DNA of 64,000 nucleotides from Dendrobates tinctorius (lineage: Eukaryota), in contig NW_027361687.1 in assembly GCF_039654945.1 (NCBI RefSeq), forward strand, positions 34,782,001 to 34,846,000, in the 5' to 3' direction. Numbering within the stretch: position 1 is the first letter of the stretch; each line of letters begins with the position of its first letter. Of this stretch, positions 9,885-20,644 are shown piece by piece. A program made the translations under genes and the position numbers. Under the pieces are notes generated by a model that ran no database searches, had not been told where the DNA came from, and worked only from the letters and a program-made list of their open reading frames with translations.

Positions 9885-12796
9885 AACAACATGGGAAGGG
9901 AAGCAAAAGACCAGAAAAAGCCATACACCTGACAAATGCTATTGAGAACTCTGCTATTAGAAGTGGAAAGGAAGAACAAAGACGAAAGAATCTAATTAAT
10001 AAAAATATTGGAGAAAGAGAAACCAATCACAAACTAAAATGTTTCTATACTAATGCACAAAGCATGGGCAACAAACAAGGAGAATTGGAACTACTAACAC
10101 AGGAAAAGAAATACGATGTAATTGGAATCACTGAAACTTGGTGGGACAATACACATGATTGGAATACAAGACTAGAAGGATACAACTTATTTGCAAGAAA
10201 CAGACTTGATAAACGAGGAGGGGGTGTCGCATTGTATGTTCGAAACGCGTATATCTGCACAGAGATTGAAGCTTCAGAGACTGGGAGTTCTGTGGAAACT
10301 GTTTGGGTAAGAATACAAGGACAGAACAATGGAAAGGACACCATTGTAGGCATTTACTACAGGCCGCCTGTGCAAGCCGAAGATATAGATGAACTCTTTA
10401 TGCATCAGATGGCCAAGTTCTCCAAAAAATATGACATAGTTGTCATGGGAGATTTCAACTATCCAGACATTTGTTGGGAATCTCTCTCAGGCAAAACTAA
10501 CAGGTCAAGGAAATTCTTATCCTCTATTGCTGACAACTTTATCTTCCAAAAGGTAAGGGAGAAAACAAGGGGAACTGCTACCTTGGATCTAATCCTTATA
10601 AACAGGGAGGAAATGGTTGAGGAGGTAAAAGTGGCTGGGACCCTAGGAGGTAGCGACCATGCTATTTTAGAATTTTGGATAACTAGAGGTGGAAGACCTG
10701 TGAAGACTCAGACGTCAAGGTTAGATTTCAGAAAGGCAGATTTTAAGGGATTCAGAAAGAGAATTGGAGGGATCCAATGGCTGGATATCCTTAAAGACAA
10801 AAATGTCCAGGAAGGATGGGAAATCTTGAAAAATGAAATTCTCAAAGCACAGTTGTTAACAATTCCAAAAAGAGGGAAGAATAGGAAGCATTTAAGGAAA
10901 CCAGGATGGATGAACACAGAACTTAAGCACATGCTAAAAAGGAAGAAAAAAATGTTTATAAAATGGAAAGAGGGAGGCATATCTAAAGAAGAATATAATG
11001 CTGTCTGCAGAACCTGCAGGGCACAAATCAGATTAGCTAAAGCTGAAAATGAACTGAGGCTTGCAAGAGATGTCAAAAGCAATAATAAAGGATTTTGGGG
11101 ATATGTCAAAAGTAAAAGAAAAGTCAAAGATGCTATAGGATTTTTACAGGATGAAAATGATGAAATGGTAAGACAGGATGTTGAGAAGGCTGAACTTTTA
11201 AATTCCTATTTTGCATCTGTTTTCTCTCAGAAAGGAAATGCAACATCAACTGTTATTCACTGTCCTATTAAGGGAATAGAAGAATCCAGGATATCTATAA
11301 ACAGAAAGATAGTGAGGAAACACTTAGCTAACCTAAATGAATTCAAGTCTCCAGGTCCAGATGAATTACACCCCAGAGTACTGAAGGAGATAGCAGAAGA
11401 AATTTTTGAACCCCTCTCCATAATCTTTGAAAATTCTTGGAGAACAGGAGAAGTGCCAGAAGACTGGAGAAGAGCAAATGTTGTTCCTATCTTCAAAAAG
11501 GGGAAGAAGGTGGACCCAGGCAACTATAGGCCGGTGAGTCTGACTTCTATACCAGGAAAGATCTTTGAACAAATTATTAAACAACATGTATGTCAATACC
11601 TGGATAAGAATGAAGTGATTAAACAGAGTCAGCATGGGTTTCTAACTAATAAGTCATGTCAGACTAACTTAATTTCCTTCTATGACGGTATCACTGATTG
11701 GGTGGATCAAGGAAATGCTGTAGATATAGTATATCTTGACTTCAGCAAAGCATTTGACAAAGTCTCTCATACAATCCTTATTGAAAAAATGACTAAGTAT
11801 GGAATGGACAAGGCAACTGTTAGGTGGATTCATAACTGGCTTAGTGATCGGACCCAAAGAGTGGTCGTAAATGGCTGCACATCCAGTTGGAAGAATGTCT
11901 CAAGTGGGGTACCACAGGGCTCTGTCCTGGGCCCTGTATTGTTCAACATCTTTATCAACGATTTAGATGAAGGAATTGAGGGTAAACTGATTAAATTTGC
12001 TGATGACACAAAGCTAGGAGGGATAGCTAATACTAGAGAAGAGAGAGAGAGGATTCAAAAAGATTTAAATAAACTGGAGAAGTGGGCAGCAACTAACAGA
12101 ATGGTTTTTAACAGGGAGAAATGCAAAGTACTACATCTGGGCAATAAAAATGAAAAAAGCATATATAGAATGGGAGGAATAGGGCTAAGTGACAGCACAT
12201 GTGAAAAAGACTTGGGTATACTAATAGATCACAGACTGAATATGAGTCAACAGTGTGATGCAGCAGCAAAAAAGGCAAATGCAATTCTAGGATGTATTAA
12301 CAGAAGCATACAGTCTAGATCACGTGAAGTCATTATTTCCCTCTACTCCTCTTTGGTCAGACCTCATCTGGAATATTGTGTCCAGTTTTGGGCACCACAT
12401 TTTAAAAAAGACATCAACAAACTGGAGCAAGTTCAGAAAAGAGCGACCAGAATGGTGACCGGTCTGCAAACCCTGTCTTATGAGGAAAGGTTGCAGGATT
12501 TGGGAATGTTTAGTTTGCAACAGAGAAGACTGAGAGGAGACTTAATAGCTGTCTACAAATATCTAAAGGGCTGTCACATTGTAGAAGGATCAACTTTATT
12601 CTCATTTGCACAAGGAAAGACTAGAAGCAATGGGATGAAACTGAATGGGAAGAGACACAGATTAGATATTAGAAAAAACTTTTTGACAGTTAGAGTGATC
12701 AATGAGTGGAACAGGCTGCCACGAGAAGTGGTGAGTTCTCCTTCAATGGAAGTCTTCAAACAGAGGCTGGACAGACATCTGACTGGGATGATTTAG
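9875..12796 (+). CDS. CR1 ORF2: APE endonuclease + reverse transcriptase (first ATG at 10064; frame open from at least 9875)
   Basis: Endonuclease motifs YTNA, GITETWW, GDFNYP and SDH; RT motifs YRPVSLTS, YLDFSKAFD, GVPQGSVLGP and FADD. No stops over more than 900 codons. Confidence 0.95.
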   Translation, partial: FKLEQHGKGSKRPEKAIHLTNAIENSAIRSGKEEQRRKNLINKNIGERETNHKLKCFYTNAQSMGNKQGELELLTQEKKYDVIGITETWWDNTHDWNTRLEGYNLFARNRLDKRGGGVALYVRNAYICTEIEASETGSSVETVWVRIQGQNNGKDTIVGIYYRPPVQAEDIDELFMHQMAKFSKKYDIVVMGDFNYPDICWESLSGKTNRSRKFLSSIADNFIFQKVREKTRGTATLDLILINREEMVEEVKVAGTLGGSDHAILEFWITRGGRPVKTQTSRLDFRKADFKGFRKRIGGIQWLDILKDKNVQEGWEILKNEILKAQLLTIPKRGKNRKHLRKPGWMNTELKHMLKRKKKMFIKWKEGGISKEEYNAVCRTCRAQIRLAKAENELRLARDVKSNNKGFWGYVKSKRKVKDAIGFLQDENDEMVRQDVEKAELLNSYFASVFSQKGNATSTVIHCPIKGIEESRISINRKIVRKHLANLNEFKSPGPDELHPRVLKEIAEEIFEPLSIIFENSWRTGEVPEDWRRANVVPIFKKGKKVDPGNYRPVSLTSIPGKIFEQIIKQHVCQYLDKNEVIKQSQHGFLTNKSCQTNLISFYDGITDWVDQGNAVDIVYLDFSKAFDKVSHTILIEKMTKYGMDKATVRWIHNWLSDRTQRVVVNGCTSSWKNVSSGVPQGSVLGPVLFNIFINDLDEGIEGKLIKFADDTKLGGIANTREERERIQKDLNKLEKWAATNRMVFNREKCKVLHLGNKNEKSIYRMGGIGLSDSTCEKDLGILIDHRLNMSQQCDAAAKKANAILGCINRSIQSRSREVIISLYSSLVRPHLEYCVQFWAPHFKKDINKLEQVQKRATRMVTGLQTLSYEERLQDLGMFSLQQRRLRGDLIAVYKYLKGCHIVEGSTLFSFAQGKTRSNGMKLNGKRHRLDIRKNFLTVRVINEWNRLPREVVSSPSMEVFKQRLDRHLTGMI

Positions 12797-14095
12797 CGAA
12801 TCCTGCTTTGAGCAGGGGGTTGGACCAGATGGCCCAGGAGGTCCCTTCCAACTCTACGATTCTATGATTCTATGATTCTAAGTCGTATACTCCACAAATG
12901 TTTTTTTTATGGAAGAGTGGCAAGAAGATGCCATTTTTTTTAAACAAGCGATGAGAAGTCCCATGTATGGGAACACAGTGAGCATGTGGAAGAAGGGGCT
13001 CTGGTCAGAGGAGACCAAAGTAGACCTTTTTGGGCTAAATGCAGAACGCCATGAGAGGTGGAAAAGTAACACTTCACATCACCCTGAAAACACCATCCCC
13101 ACTGTCACAAATGGTGGTGGCAGCATCATGCTGTGGGGTAACTTTTATTCAGCAGGGGCAGGGAAGCTGGTCAGAGTGAATGGGAATGTTTTTATATGTC
13201 AAAAACCCTGTATCATTTCCTTTACACTTCACAAATGCTTGCTACATTGTGTTGGTATCACATAACATTTCATTAATATAAATTTTACTTTATTTGTGGG
13301 TGTAACATGAAAAAATGTGGAAAAAGGAATACTTTCTAAAAACAACTGTATATAATTACATACAGATACCCAGGTTATATCAGCATCTTTATGTGACCTG
13401 AGGAGAGTTTTGGCACGTGTATGTGTAAGGCTGCAGAACACACGGGCAGTAAAGGTTTTATCGACGTTATCCCTTCCTAGATATTACGAAGCAAAGGGCA
13501 GAGCAGATTAACTCTCTCATCAACGCTTCCATTGTCCTCGCGTGTTAGAGGTGCGCAGGTCCAGGCCAGTCTAACCATGACTGAGTCTCCATTAGACTCA
13601 TAATTGTAGTCTAACTGCACAGACCCTGTTACCCATAGCAACCAATCAGAACTCAACTTTCATTTCTGAATCATCTCTAGGAAATTGAGAGTTTCGCTGT
13701 GACTGGTCGATATGGACACCATGAGGCCTACACCATGGACGCTCTGCCTGGACAGAGACTTGCTTTAGTGACAGGCAGCATTGGCATTCACTTGGGTAAA
13801 ATCACATAAAAATGTCACATCAAAGTATAAAAATATAATCATATGAGAAATATTTCCACATTTATATTAAAAACTAGCATTATTTTTCCATGTTAAAATA
13901 AATAAAATCCGGAAAATAAAAATCCTTTCCTTTTGAGTCCTAACATGGACATGAGACAACAAAAAGTCAGCAAAACCATACAGAGATAAAAGGAGCCAAC
14001 TCTGCGGGACAGAGACCTTTGGAAGGTAATAAACCTGTCAGCAAGCGTCGACCAATGGGATGAGAGCGTGGCAGGGCCACGCGGTGTCACCCCCT

Positions 14096-14169
14096 GTATA
14101 TAAGGGGGCAGGAGAAAGAGCCGAGCATCATTCTCGAGAACGAGGATTACCTTCTGATCGGTCTCACAG
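14096..14169 (+). promoter_or_regulatory. TATA box and short non-coding exon 1 of APOA2
   Basis: GTATATAAGG at 14096-14105 and donor CAG|GTATGT at 14169/14170. This matches the 4-exon apolipoprotein layout. Confidence 0.65.
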
Positions 14170-14474
14170 GTATGTTCCCCTCAGTCCAAGGACTGATCCT
14201 GAGAAGACATTTTTTTTCATTTTTTTAAATAATACAAATAATTTTATTAGTTTTTAATTTATTTATTATAGTTTCCTTTTATTCTTTCAGGGTAGTTTTT
14301 ATGTATTTATAGGGAGCAGTTGATACTAAAAGAATCTTACAATGGAGGGGACACATAAATATGAACTAAGTACCCACATAAAAATAAATAGAAAATGTTT
14401 TAAGTTTTTTTTTTATTATGTTGTGTTCTCTTATAATATATGTGATATCGCAGGAGCAAAGAAACCCCGCAGTC

Positions 14475-15658
14475 ATGAAAGTCTTGGCCTTGGCCGTGCT
14501 CATCCTCGCCATCGGAAGCCTGGAGGGTAAGATGATTAGGCGCGCTGATTATACCCTCATTTTCTTTAATTATTTTTTTTTTTGGAGTGATAATAATCAC
14601 GCCCGGTTTGGCCCGCCTATCTGTAGTACATGCGATGTCTGTCGCCTCGACCACCTACACTTCTTAAAAAAAAATTAATTTTAAAGAATTAAATCCGACT
14701 TTAAGGATAAAAAATCTACTGATATGTGTGCCGCCATTTTGTCATAGCATTAACAATGTAGATTTACGCTGTGCCATCTGCTAGCACCCGTCAGAATTTC
14801 AGCTCCTCATATGTAGTGTTGACATTTCAGCCACCCATATATGGTAAAAAAAAATAAAAAATAATCCCACTTTAAGGGTAAGTTCACACAGGACTTTTTT
14901 GCTGCGCTTTTTTTTTACGCTATTTTTCAGCTGCTTTTTCCCATTACCAGCAAAGGCTATGAGATTTCAGAAATCTCATGCGTACACATTGGTATTTTGT
15001 GTTTTTTGGACATAGAACATGTCACTTCTTTCAGCGTTTTTGCGGCGTTTTTCACCCATTGACTTGAATGGGTGTTGCAAAAACTCAGGTGTCATTATTT
15101 GCAGCTTTTTTGCTGCAGAAAAGGTCATGGATATTAGCATGGACAAAGAGACAAAAAAACAAAACGCACCTAAACCTGCGTTTTTGCCGCAGCTTCTTTC
15201 CTGCCAAGATGATCAGGTTTTGCTGCAGAAAAAAAGCAGCAAAAAAGTCCTGTGTGAACTTACCCTAAGCATTATTTTTTCTTACACAGCACCACCTACT
15301 GGCAGTTAGATGTAATGTTTTCCATTGTCTTTTGCAGCTGGCGTAGTAAAGAGAGAAGTCGCCAGTGCCCAGCAGGTCAGTGAGCTTCTTCAGTCCTGGT
15401 TCGAAACCCTCAAATCCAGCGTACACGAAGTGGCTCAGAAGGTCCAGAACGGAGAGATCAAGGCTCAGGCCGAGTATGTAAAGTTTCATGGGGGCTATGC
15501 ACTGAGGGCAATGCTCCAGTGATAGTGATGTCATCTTGTCTTTTCCTCCCAGGCAATTCTATGAGCAAACCAGATCCCAGACAGACCCACTCAAGGATGA
15601 GTTTGAGAAGATTTTCGCCAAGCTCGTCGATGCTGGGAAGAAATTGGCGGCTTCTTGA
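14475..15658 (+). CDS. APOA2: Apolipoprotein A-II orthologue, 97 aa; coding exons 14475-14526, 15338-15473, 15553-15658
   Basis: Spliced product MKVLALAVLILAIGSLEAGVVKR-EVASAQQVSELLQSWFETLKSSVHEVAQKVQNGEIKAQAEQFYEQTRSQTDPLKDEFEKIFAKLVDAGKKLAAS. It has a signal peptide, a 5-aa propeptide ending in KR and amphipathic helices. The 52-nt first coding exon and phases 1/2 match mammalian APOA2. All introns are GT-AG; ATTAAA at 15742. The gene is linked to UFC1/USP21 as in human 1q23. Confidence 0.85.
14876..15265. mobile_element. 390-bp PIF/Harbinger-type MITE in the APOA2 intron
   Basis: TIR GGGTAAGTTCACACAGGACTTTTTTGCTGC / GCAGCAAAAAAGTCCTGTGTGAACTTACCC; TAA TSD at 14873-14875 and 15266-15268. 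Confidence 0.9.
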
Positions 15659-17437
15659 GTGCCCCCCTCCCTTGGCTCGCGGTCCCTGGAGCCCCCTTCC
15701 TCTCCTCTTTTGATACTATATGGCTGTGTCTTTTGTGATGTATTAAAGCTTTTGACTGTTCTAGCACCGGTATCAGCACCTTACTTATGAGTCGTTCACA
15801 AAATAATAATTAAAAAATCCCTTATAGGAGAAATTATCCAAAACTGAGCTGATTTATGTGGTCTGAATCGCTCTTAAAGGGACACGACACCTAGAGTCTA
15901 CATGTGCCGGGTACAGTCCTAACATGTTATAAATACCAAAAAGATAGTAAAAAACATATAAATATACACACTGTAGCTCCTGGGTTAAGTGAAGTTTGTA
16001 GCTGCAAGTGAAAGACGCAGGCTCTGTGCAAGTCCTGCTAGGGCGTCAGAAAACAAACCAGAAGAGATTCACTGTGCTTACAATAATTAGGGTGTGTTGA
16101 CCAATATTGGGTGAAAACAGGGAAGCGCAATGTAATAAATAAATGTGCCAGTGATAAACAAGTGTATGCACTTACTTCTATAGCCAGGTTTGAAAACTGC
16201 TGCCAAGTTAAGATTTCTGCAGGATGACCAGAGTTTGGGGAGCGTCCTCCCGTTTAACTTACCGTCGTGGCACATTTATTTCTATGGAAGCCCTACACTG
16301 AACTTGGCTCTTTTCAACCAATATTGGTCACCACACCCTGATTATTGTAAGCGCAGTGAATCTCTTCTGATATGTTATCAATACCTCCACAGGTGACTAA
16401 TAGCGGCCTATAACACTCCAGCACTGATATAAGTGCTGATAATTTTAGGGGCACTGGCGCCCTGTGAGTCTTCCCACTTATCAGTAGAGCAGAATGAGGT
16501 CACATGACTAAATAAAGAAGGGGAGGGGCTTAATTCTTCTGTTCCCTTGAGCACTATGAAGGGAAACCTGTTTTGACCAATCACAGCCCAGCTTTCATTT
16601 TGTATTCTGGTCTTGAAGGATGAAAGCTGCGTTGTGATAGGTCGCTTTGGCAAACAAGATCGTACATATGCTTTACTATGTGAAGGTTGCTAAACTGGTG
16701 GTCACTGGTTCCCGGCTGAGCCACCATGTCCTGTTGTGGTCATCTTGCTGCTCCTACTACGAAGCCCGCCATCATAGACACAAACACATGGGCCATGCAC
16801 ACAGCGAACAAGTCTGTAGGAAGCCTGAAACACAAAAAAACACAGTAAAACAAACGTATAAAAATACTCTGCTGTAAAAAAGTAACAGTAAACAGCTAGT
16901 AAAAAGATGATCACAAAACAGCGTATTTGGTTGATACGTTTTTTGCAAAAAATGTATACTAAGCAGCTCTACCAACGCCAAGGTATACCCTTATCAGAGC
17001 AGCCCTAACCGATGTATCTAAAACCTGACCATGTGTATGGTACCTATATGAGCAGGATTCAGGCCTTTTCCCGCCATCATGTGGAGCCTCCATATCGCTA
17101 TATGTTGCAGTATACAGGATGGCCAATCAGACGAGCGCAAGGTGCTAGTTTGTTAAAAACTAAATAAATCTTTGATTCCCCCCATATTTAGTATCACCGT
17201 GTCCATAAAACTCCAGTTTATCAAAATATAAAGTGTATAAAATTAAAGAACCCATGGGGTACAACTGAAATAAGGACCTCTGGAGTTGTCTTTTTTTGTC
17301 GCTGCACATGCTCAAAAATGCAATGAAAGAGAAGAAAAAAACATAAATGCGAAAATGCTAAATGCAACCTTCCCAGAATCCTTTGTTGTGTTGACTGCCC
17401 TGTAGTATAGCCATAAGGCTGCACAGTCGGTTCTCTA

Positions 17438-17535
17438 CCACCAGGGGGAGCGCATAGCATGCACATTGCGTCCTGCCAGAGACCAAGATGACTGCCCCGG
17501 TGTAATACTGGCATGACGCAGCCGTCCACTTCCGG
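17438..17535 (+). promoter_or_regulatory. UFC1 promoter: CTCF-like site and ETS/GABP motif
   Basis: CCACCAGGGGGAGC at 17438-17451 and CACTTCCGG at 17527-17535, just upstream of the ATG. Confidence 0.5.
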
Positions 17536-17556
17536 GATTCCCTTTTCTTTTCCAAC

Positions 17557-20294
17557 ATGGTAGACGAGGCGACTCGCCGGGTCGTATCAGAGATCCCTCT
17601 ACTGAAGACACATGCCAGTCCCAGGGATAAGGAGCTGTGGGTGCAGCGGCTGAAGGAGGAATACCAGGCGCTAATTAAGGTAAGTGGAGTCGTGATAAAG
17701 CGCCCCCGGGAACGTGTGGTACATGAGAAAGATTCCGGATGTCTAATCAGCTGTCACCATGACAGCTGCAGCTTTATATGTCCATACTGTCCACTCTACC
17801 CCCATAACTCCACCTGCCTCCATACTGACCCTGCAGTGATGTTCTACCCCAACACCACTTCCTTCACTGACCACTGTACCCACCATACTGCTTCTTGCAT
17901 TGATGTCCGCCCCTGGCACCGAGGTCCCCCACCACCACCACGCTGCCTCCAGCACCGAGGTCCTCGCCCCCGAGGTCCGCCTCCGGCACTAAGGTCTGCC
18001 CTTCCCTGCACTGCCTCCCCCCCTGCCCCTGAGGTCCCCTGCACCTTTTGGCTGCCCCTGAGGTCCAACAGTCCCGTGCGCTGCCCCCTGGCACTGAGGT
18101 CCCTGCCCACCCACCCACCCCTGAACTACCCTTTGGCACTGATGTCTGCCCCTCTCCCCTGCCGCACCCCCCAACTGCACATCCCCTGCCACCAAGGTCT
18201 CACCCTCCCATGCACTTAAGTTTTCCCCTTTCCCACACTGCCCCTGGCACTGAGTTCTGCCCCACCCCCACCCCCACCACTACCCTTGCACGGAGGTCTG
18301 CCCCTTTCCCTCACGCCTGAAGTCTGCTCCCCTCCTGCACTGAGGACTCTCCTTTACCCCCGTGAACTACCCTTGGCACTGAGGTCTGCTCCTTTCCCCT
18401 CTCCTTTGGCACTGGGGTCTGCCCCTGGTATGGAGGTCCACTGCCCCTGGCTCTGAGGTCTGTCCACCCGCCCTGCCCCTATCGCCGAGGTCTACCATTC
18501 CCCCCCTGGCACTGAGGCCCACGCCCTCTCCCTTCCTCTGGCACTGATGTCTGCCCCCCCCAAGCTGCCCCATGGCACTGAGTACTGTCCATTTCCTTCC
18601 TTTCCCCCGCCCCTGTGTTCCGCTGCCCCTGAGGTCTGCCCCCTTTGCACAGCTCCTAGCACTAAGGACCACCTCCCCTAAGCTGCCTTTTCCCCCTGCT
18701 TCTGGCACCGAGGTTTTCCCCTCCCTGTGCTGTCACTAAGGTCCACCCCCCCGTGCTGCAACCTTCACTAAGGTCTGCCATTCCCTGGCACGGAGGTCCA
18801 CTCCTTGTCCCCCCCCGGTACTGAGGTCCAGGCCATTCCCCCTCCCATTGAGGCCTGCCCCTTCCCCCCCAGCCCCTGGCACTGGGTTCCGCACCCCAAA
18901 CCTGAGGTGCCCCTGGCACTGTGCCCCCCCCCCCTTCCCCACGCTGCCCCTGAGGTTTGCTTCCCTTGCGCAGCTCCTGGCACTGAGGACCGCCTCTTCC
19001 CTCACCTGAGCTGCCACTGGCACTGAGGTTTGCCCCTTCCCCCCCCCCAGCCCCTGGCATTGAGGTCCGCCCTCCTAACCTGAGCTCCCCCTGGCACTGA
19101 GGTCCACCCCTTCCCCACGCTGCCCCTGAGGTTTGCTTCCCTTGCGCAGCTCCTGGCACTGAGGACCGCCTCTTCCCTCACCTGAGCTGCCACTGGCACT
19201 GAGGTTTGCCCCTTCCCCCCAGCCCCTGGAATTGAGGTCTGCCCTCCTGACCTGAGCTTCCCCTGGCACTAAGGTCCACCCCTTCGCTCCCCCCTCCCGA
19301 GCTGCCTGTGGCAAAGGTCTGCTCCATTCCCCCCTGAATACTGCGTCCCTCTGTACTGTCCCTAGTGCTGGCCTTCTCTAAACGTCTCATTTCTTCTTCT
19401 CCCCTCAGTACGTGGAGAATAACAAGAAGGCCGACAATGACTGGTTGCGCCTGGAGTCCAATAAGGAAGGCACCAGGTAAGATTTGAGTAAATCCCCACA
19501 TCGCCCCCTGGCTGCCTGCACTTGCCGTGCACATGGTAATGGCGCCTGTCTCTTTCAGGTGGTTTGGGAAGTGCTGGTACATTCACGAGCTGCTCAAGTA
19601 CGAGTTTGATGTGGAGTTTGATGTGAGTTTTATTAGAACTTTTATATTAATAGGAGGGCTGCGGCGCGATAATGAAGTGATCTCCCCCCACAGATCCCGG
19701 TCACATACCCCGCCACAGCGCCGGAAATCGCCATTCCAGAACTAGACGGGAAGACGGCAAAAATGTACAGGTACGAAAGAGAAGACATCGCCATATGGGG
19801 ACTGGTGCAGAAGGGATTAATGAGTATGTCTGTGAGGATACAGGCCCGGGGCAAAAGCCTGGACCACGGGGGCACGACCCACACTGTGTAAGTAGGGGCC
19901 AGACCATGCCCCCCAGCCATGTCTCACAGACCGCTCATTTGTTTTTTTTTCATGCAGAGGAGGTAAGATCTGTCTGACGGAGCACTTCAAGCCTCTGTGG
20001 GCGCGGAACGTCCCGAAATTTGGGCTGGCGCATCTCATCGCCCTGGGGGTGAGTACATTAATCCTGTAAGCTGGTGAGTGTTCACCGGTCGGTGATTGTC
20101 GCCTGCCGTGCCGTCATGTCGGCGGAGCTCGGGAATGGCCACGCTTTTTCACTTTGTGGGACCTTCTTTTCAAAATAAAAGTTTAAAAAATGTCATTCTC
20201 GCTCTTCTTTTACGTCTCGTAGCTCGGGCCGTGGCTGGCGGTGGAGATTCCCGATCTGATCAGTAAAGGACTCGTCCGACACAAAGACGACTGA
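17557..20294 (+). CDS. UFC1: Ubiquitin-fold modifier-conjugating enzyme 1 (UFM1 E2), 164 aa; exons 17557-17679, 19409-19476, 19559-19622, 19694-19770, 19958-20048, 20223-20294
   Basis: [18 protein letters not shown]...[10 protein letters not shown]...[31 protein letters not shown]...[13 protein letters not shown]. The TAK motif and catalytic Cys are retained. All introns are GT-AG and in phase; AATAAA at 20575. Confidence 0.97.
17900..19330. repeat. Degenerate C-rich repeat (core CCCTGGCACTGAGGTC) in UFC1 intron 1
   Basis: The core recurs dozens of times with variable spacers; there is also a local ~176-bp duplication around 18940-19260. Confidence 0.85.
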
Positions 20295-20644
20295 TTTCTA
20301 CCATGGCATAAAAACGGAAGGATGGTGGTTGTGTTCACCGGTGACCATGGGGCCCGTCGTCCCCTCGCTCCACCCGCCAGTGACCAGAGAGCTGTTGTTG
20401 CCCCCGCCAGTGATAGCTAAGCCCCAGTTGTCGCCCCGCCAAGCCTCGTTCACATCCTCTTCCCTCCTCCGTCGCCCCCTTCTCCCTTTCCCCTCCAGGG
20501 ACGGACGAATCTCCATCGCCTTTGTGAACTGTTCACCCTGTGACGTCGGTTTCCATCTTCATTATTTCTATTGTAATAAACAGCAGAAATGTCCACCTCA
20601 ATGTTATTGCATGTTGGAAATTTTAAAATGGATGGAATGTATAG

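Larger units (their letters stand above)
9255..12878 (+). mobile_element. CR1-clade LINE, 5'-truncated
   Basis: Partial ORF1 plus full ORF2, a short 3' UTR ending in (ATTCTATG)n, and a short TAAG duplication at the junctions within the Tc1 remnant. Confidence 0.95.
8981..13348 (+). mobile_element. Decayed Tc1/mariner remnant split by a hAT MITE and a CR1 LINE
   Basis: 8981-9254 encodes ALIREASKRPMVTLEEL..SVHGTTI, continuing at 12879-13190 (SRILHK, LWSEETKVDLFG, TVTNGGGSIMLWG). A terminus ...AACAACTG|TA lies at 13348. Confidence 0.75.

Noticed and set aside
16845-17160. Possible further Penelope-type repeat fragment
   Set aside because: No hammerhead core, TSD or termini could be identified on either strand.
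17680-18219. Extension of UFC1 exon 1 into a 220-aa ORF
   Set aside because: Homology ends at the GTAAGT donor at 17680; the rest is intronic repeat.
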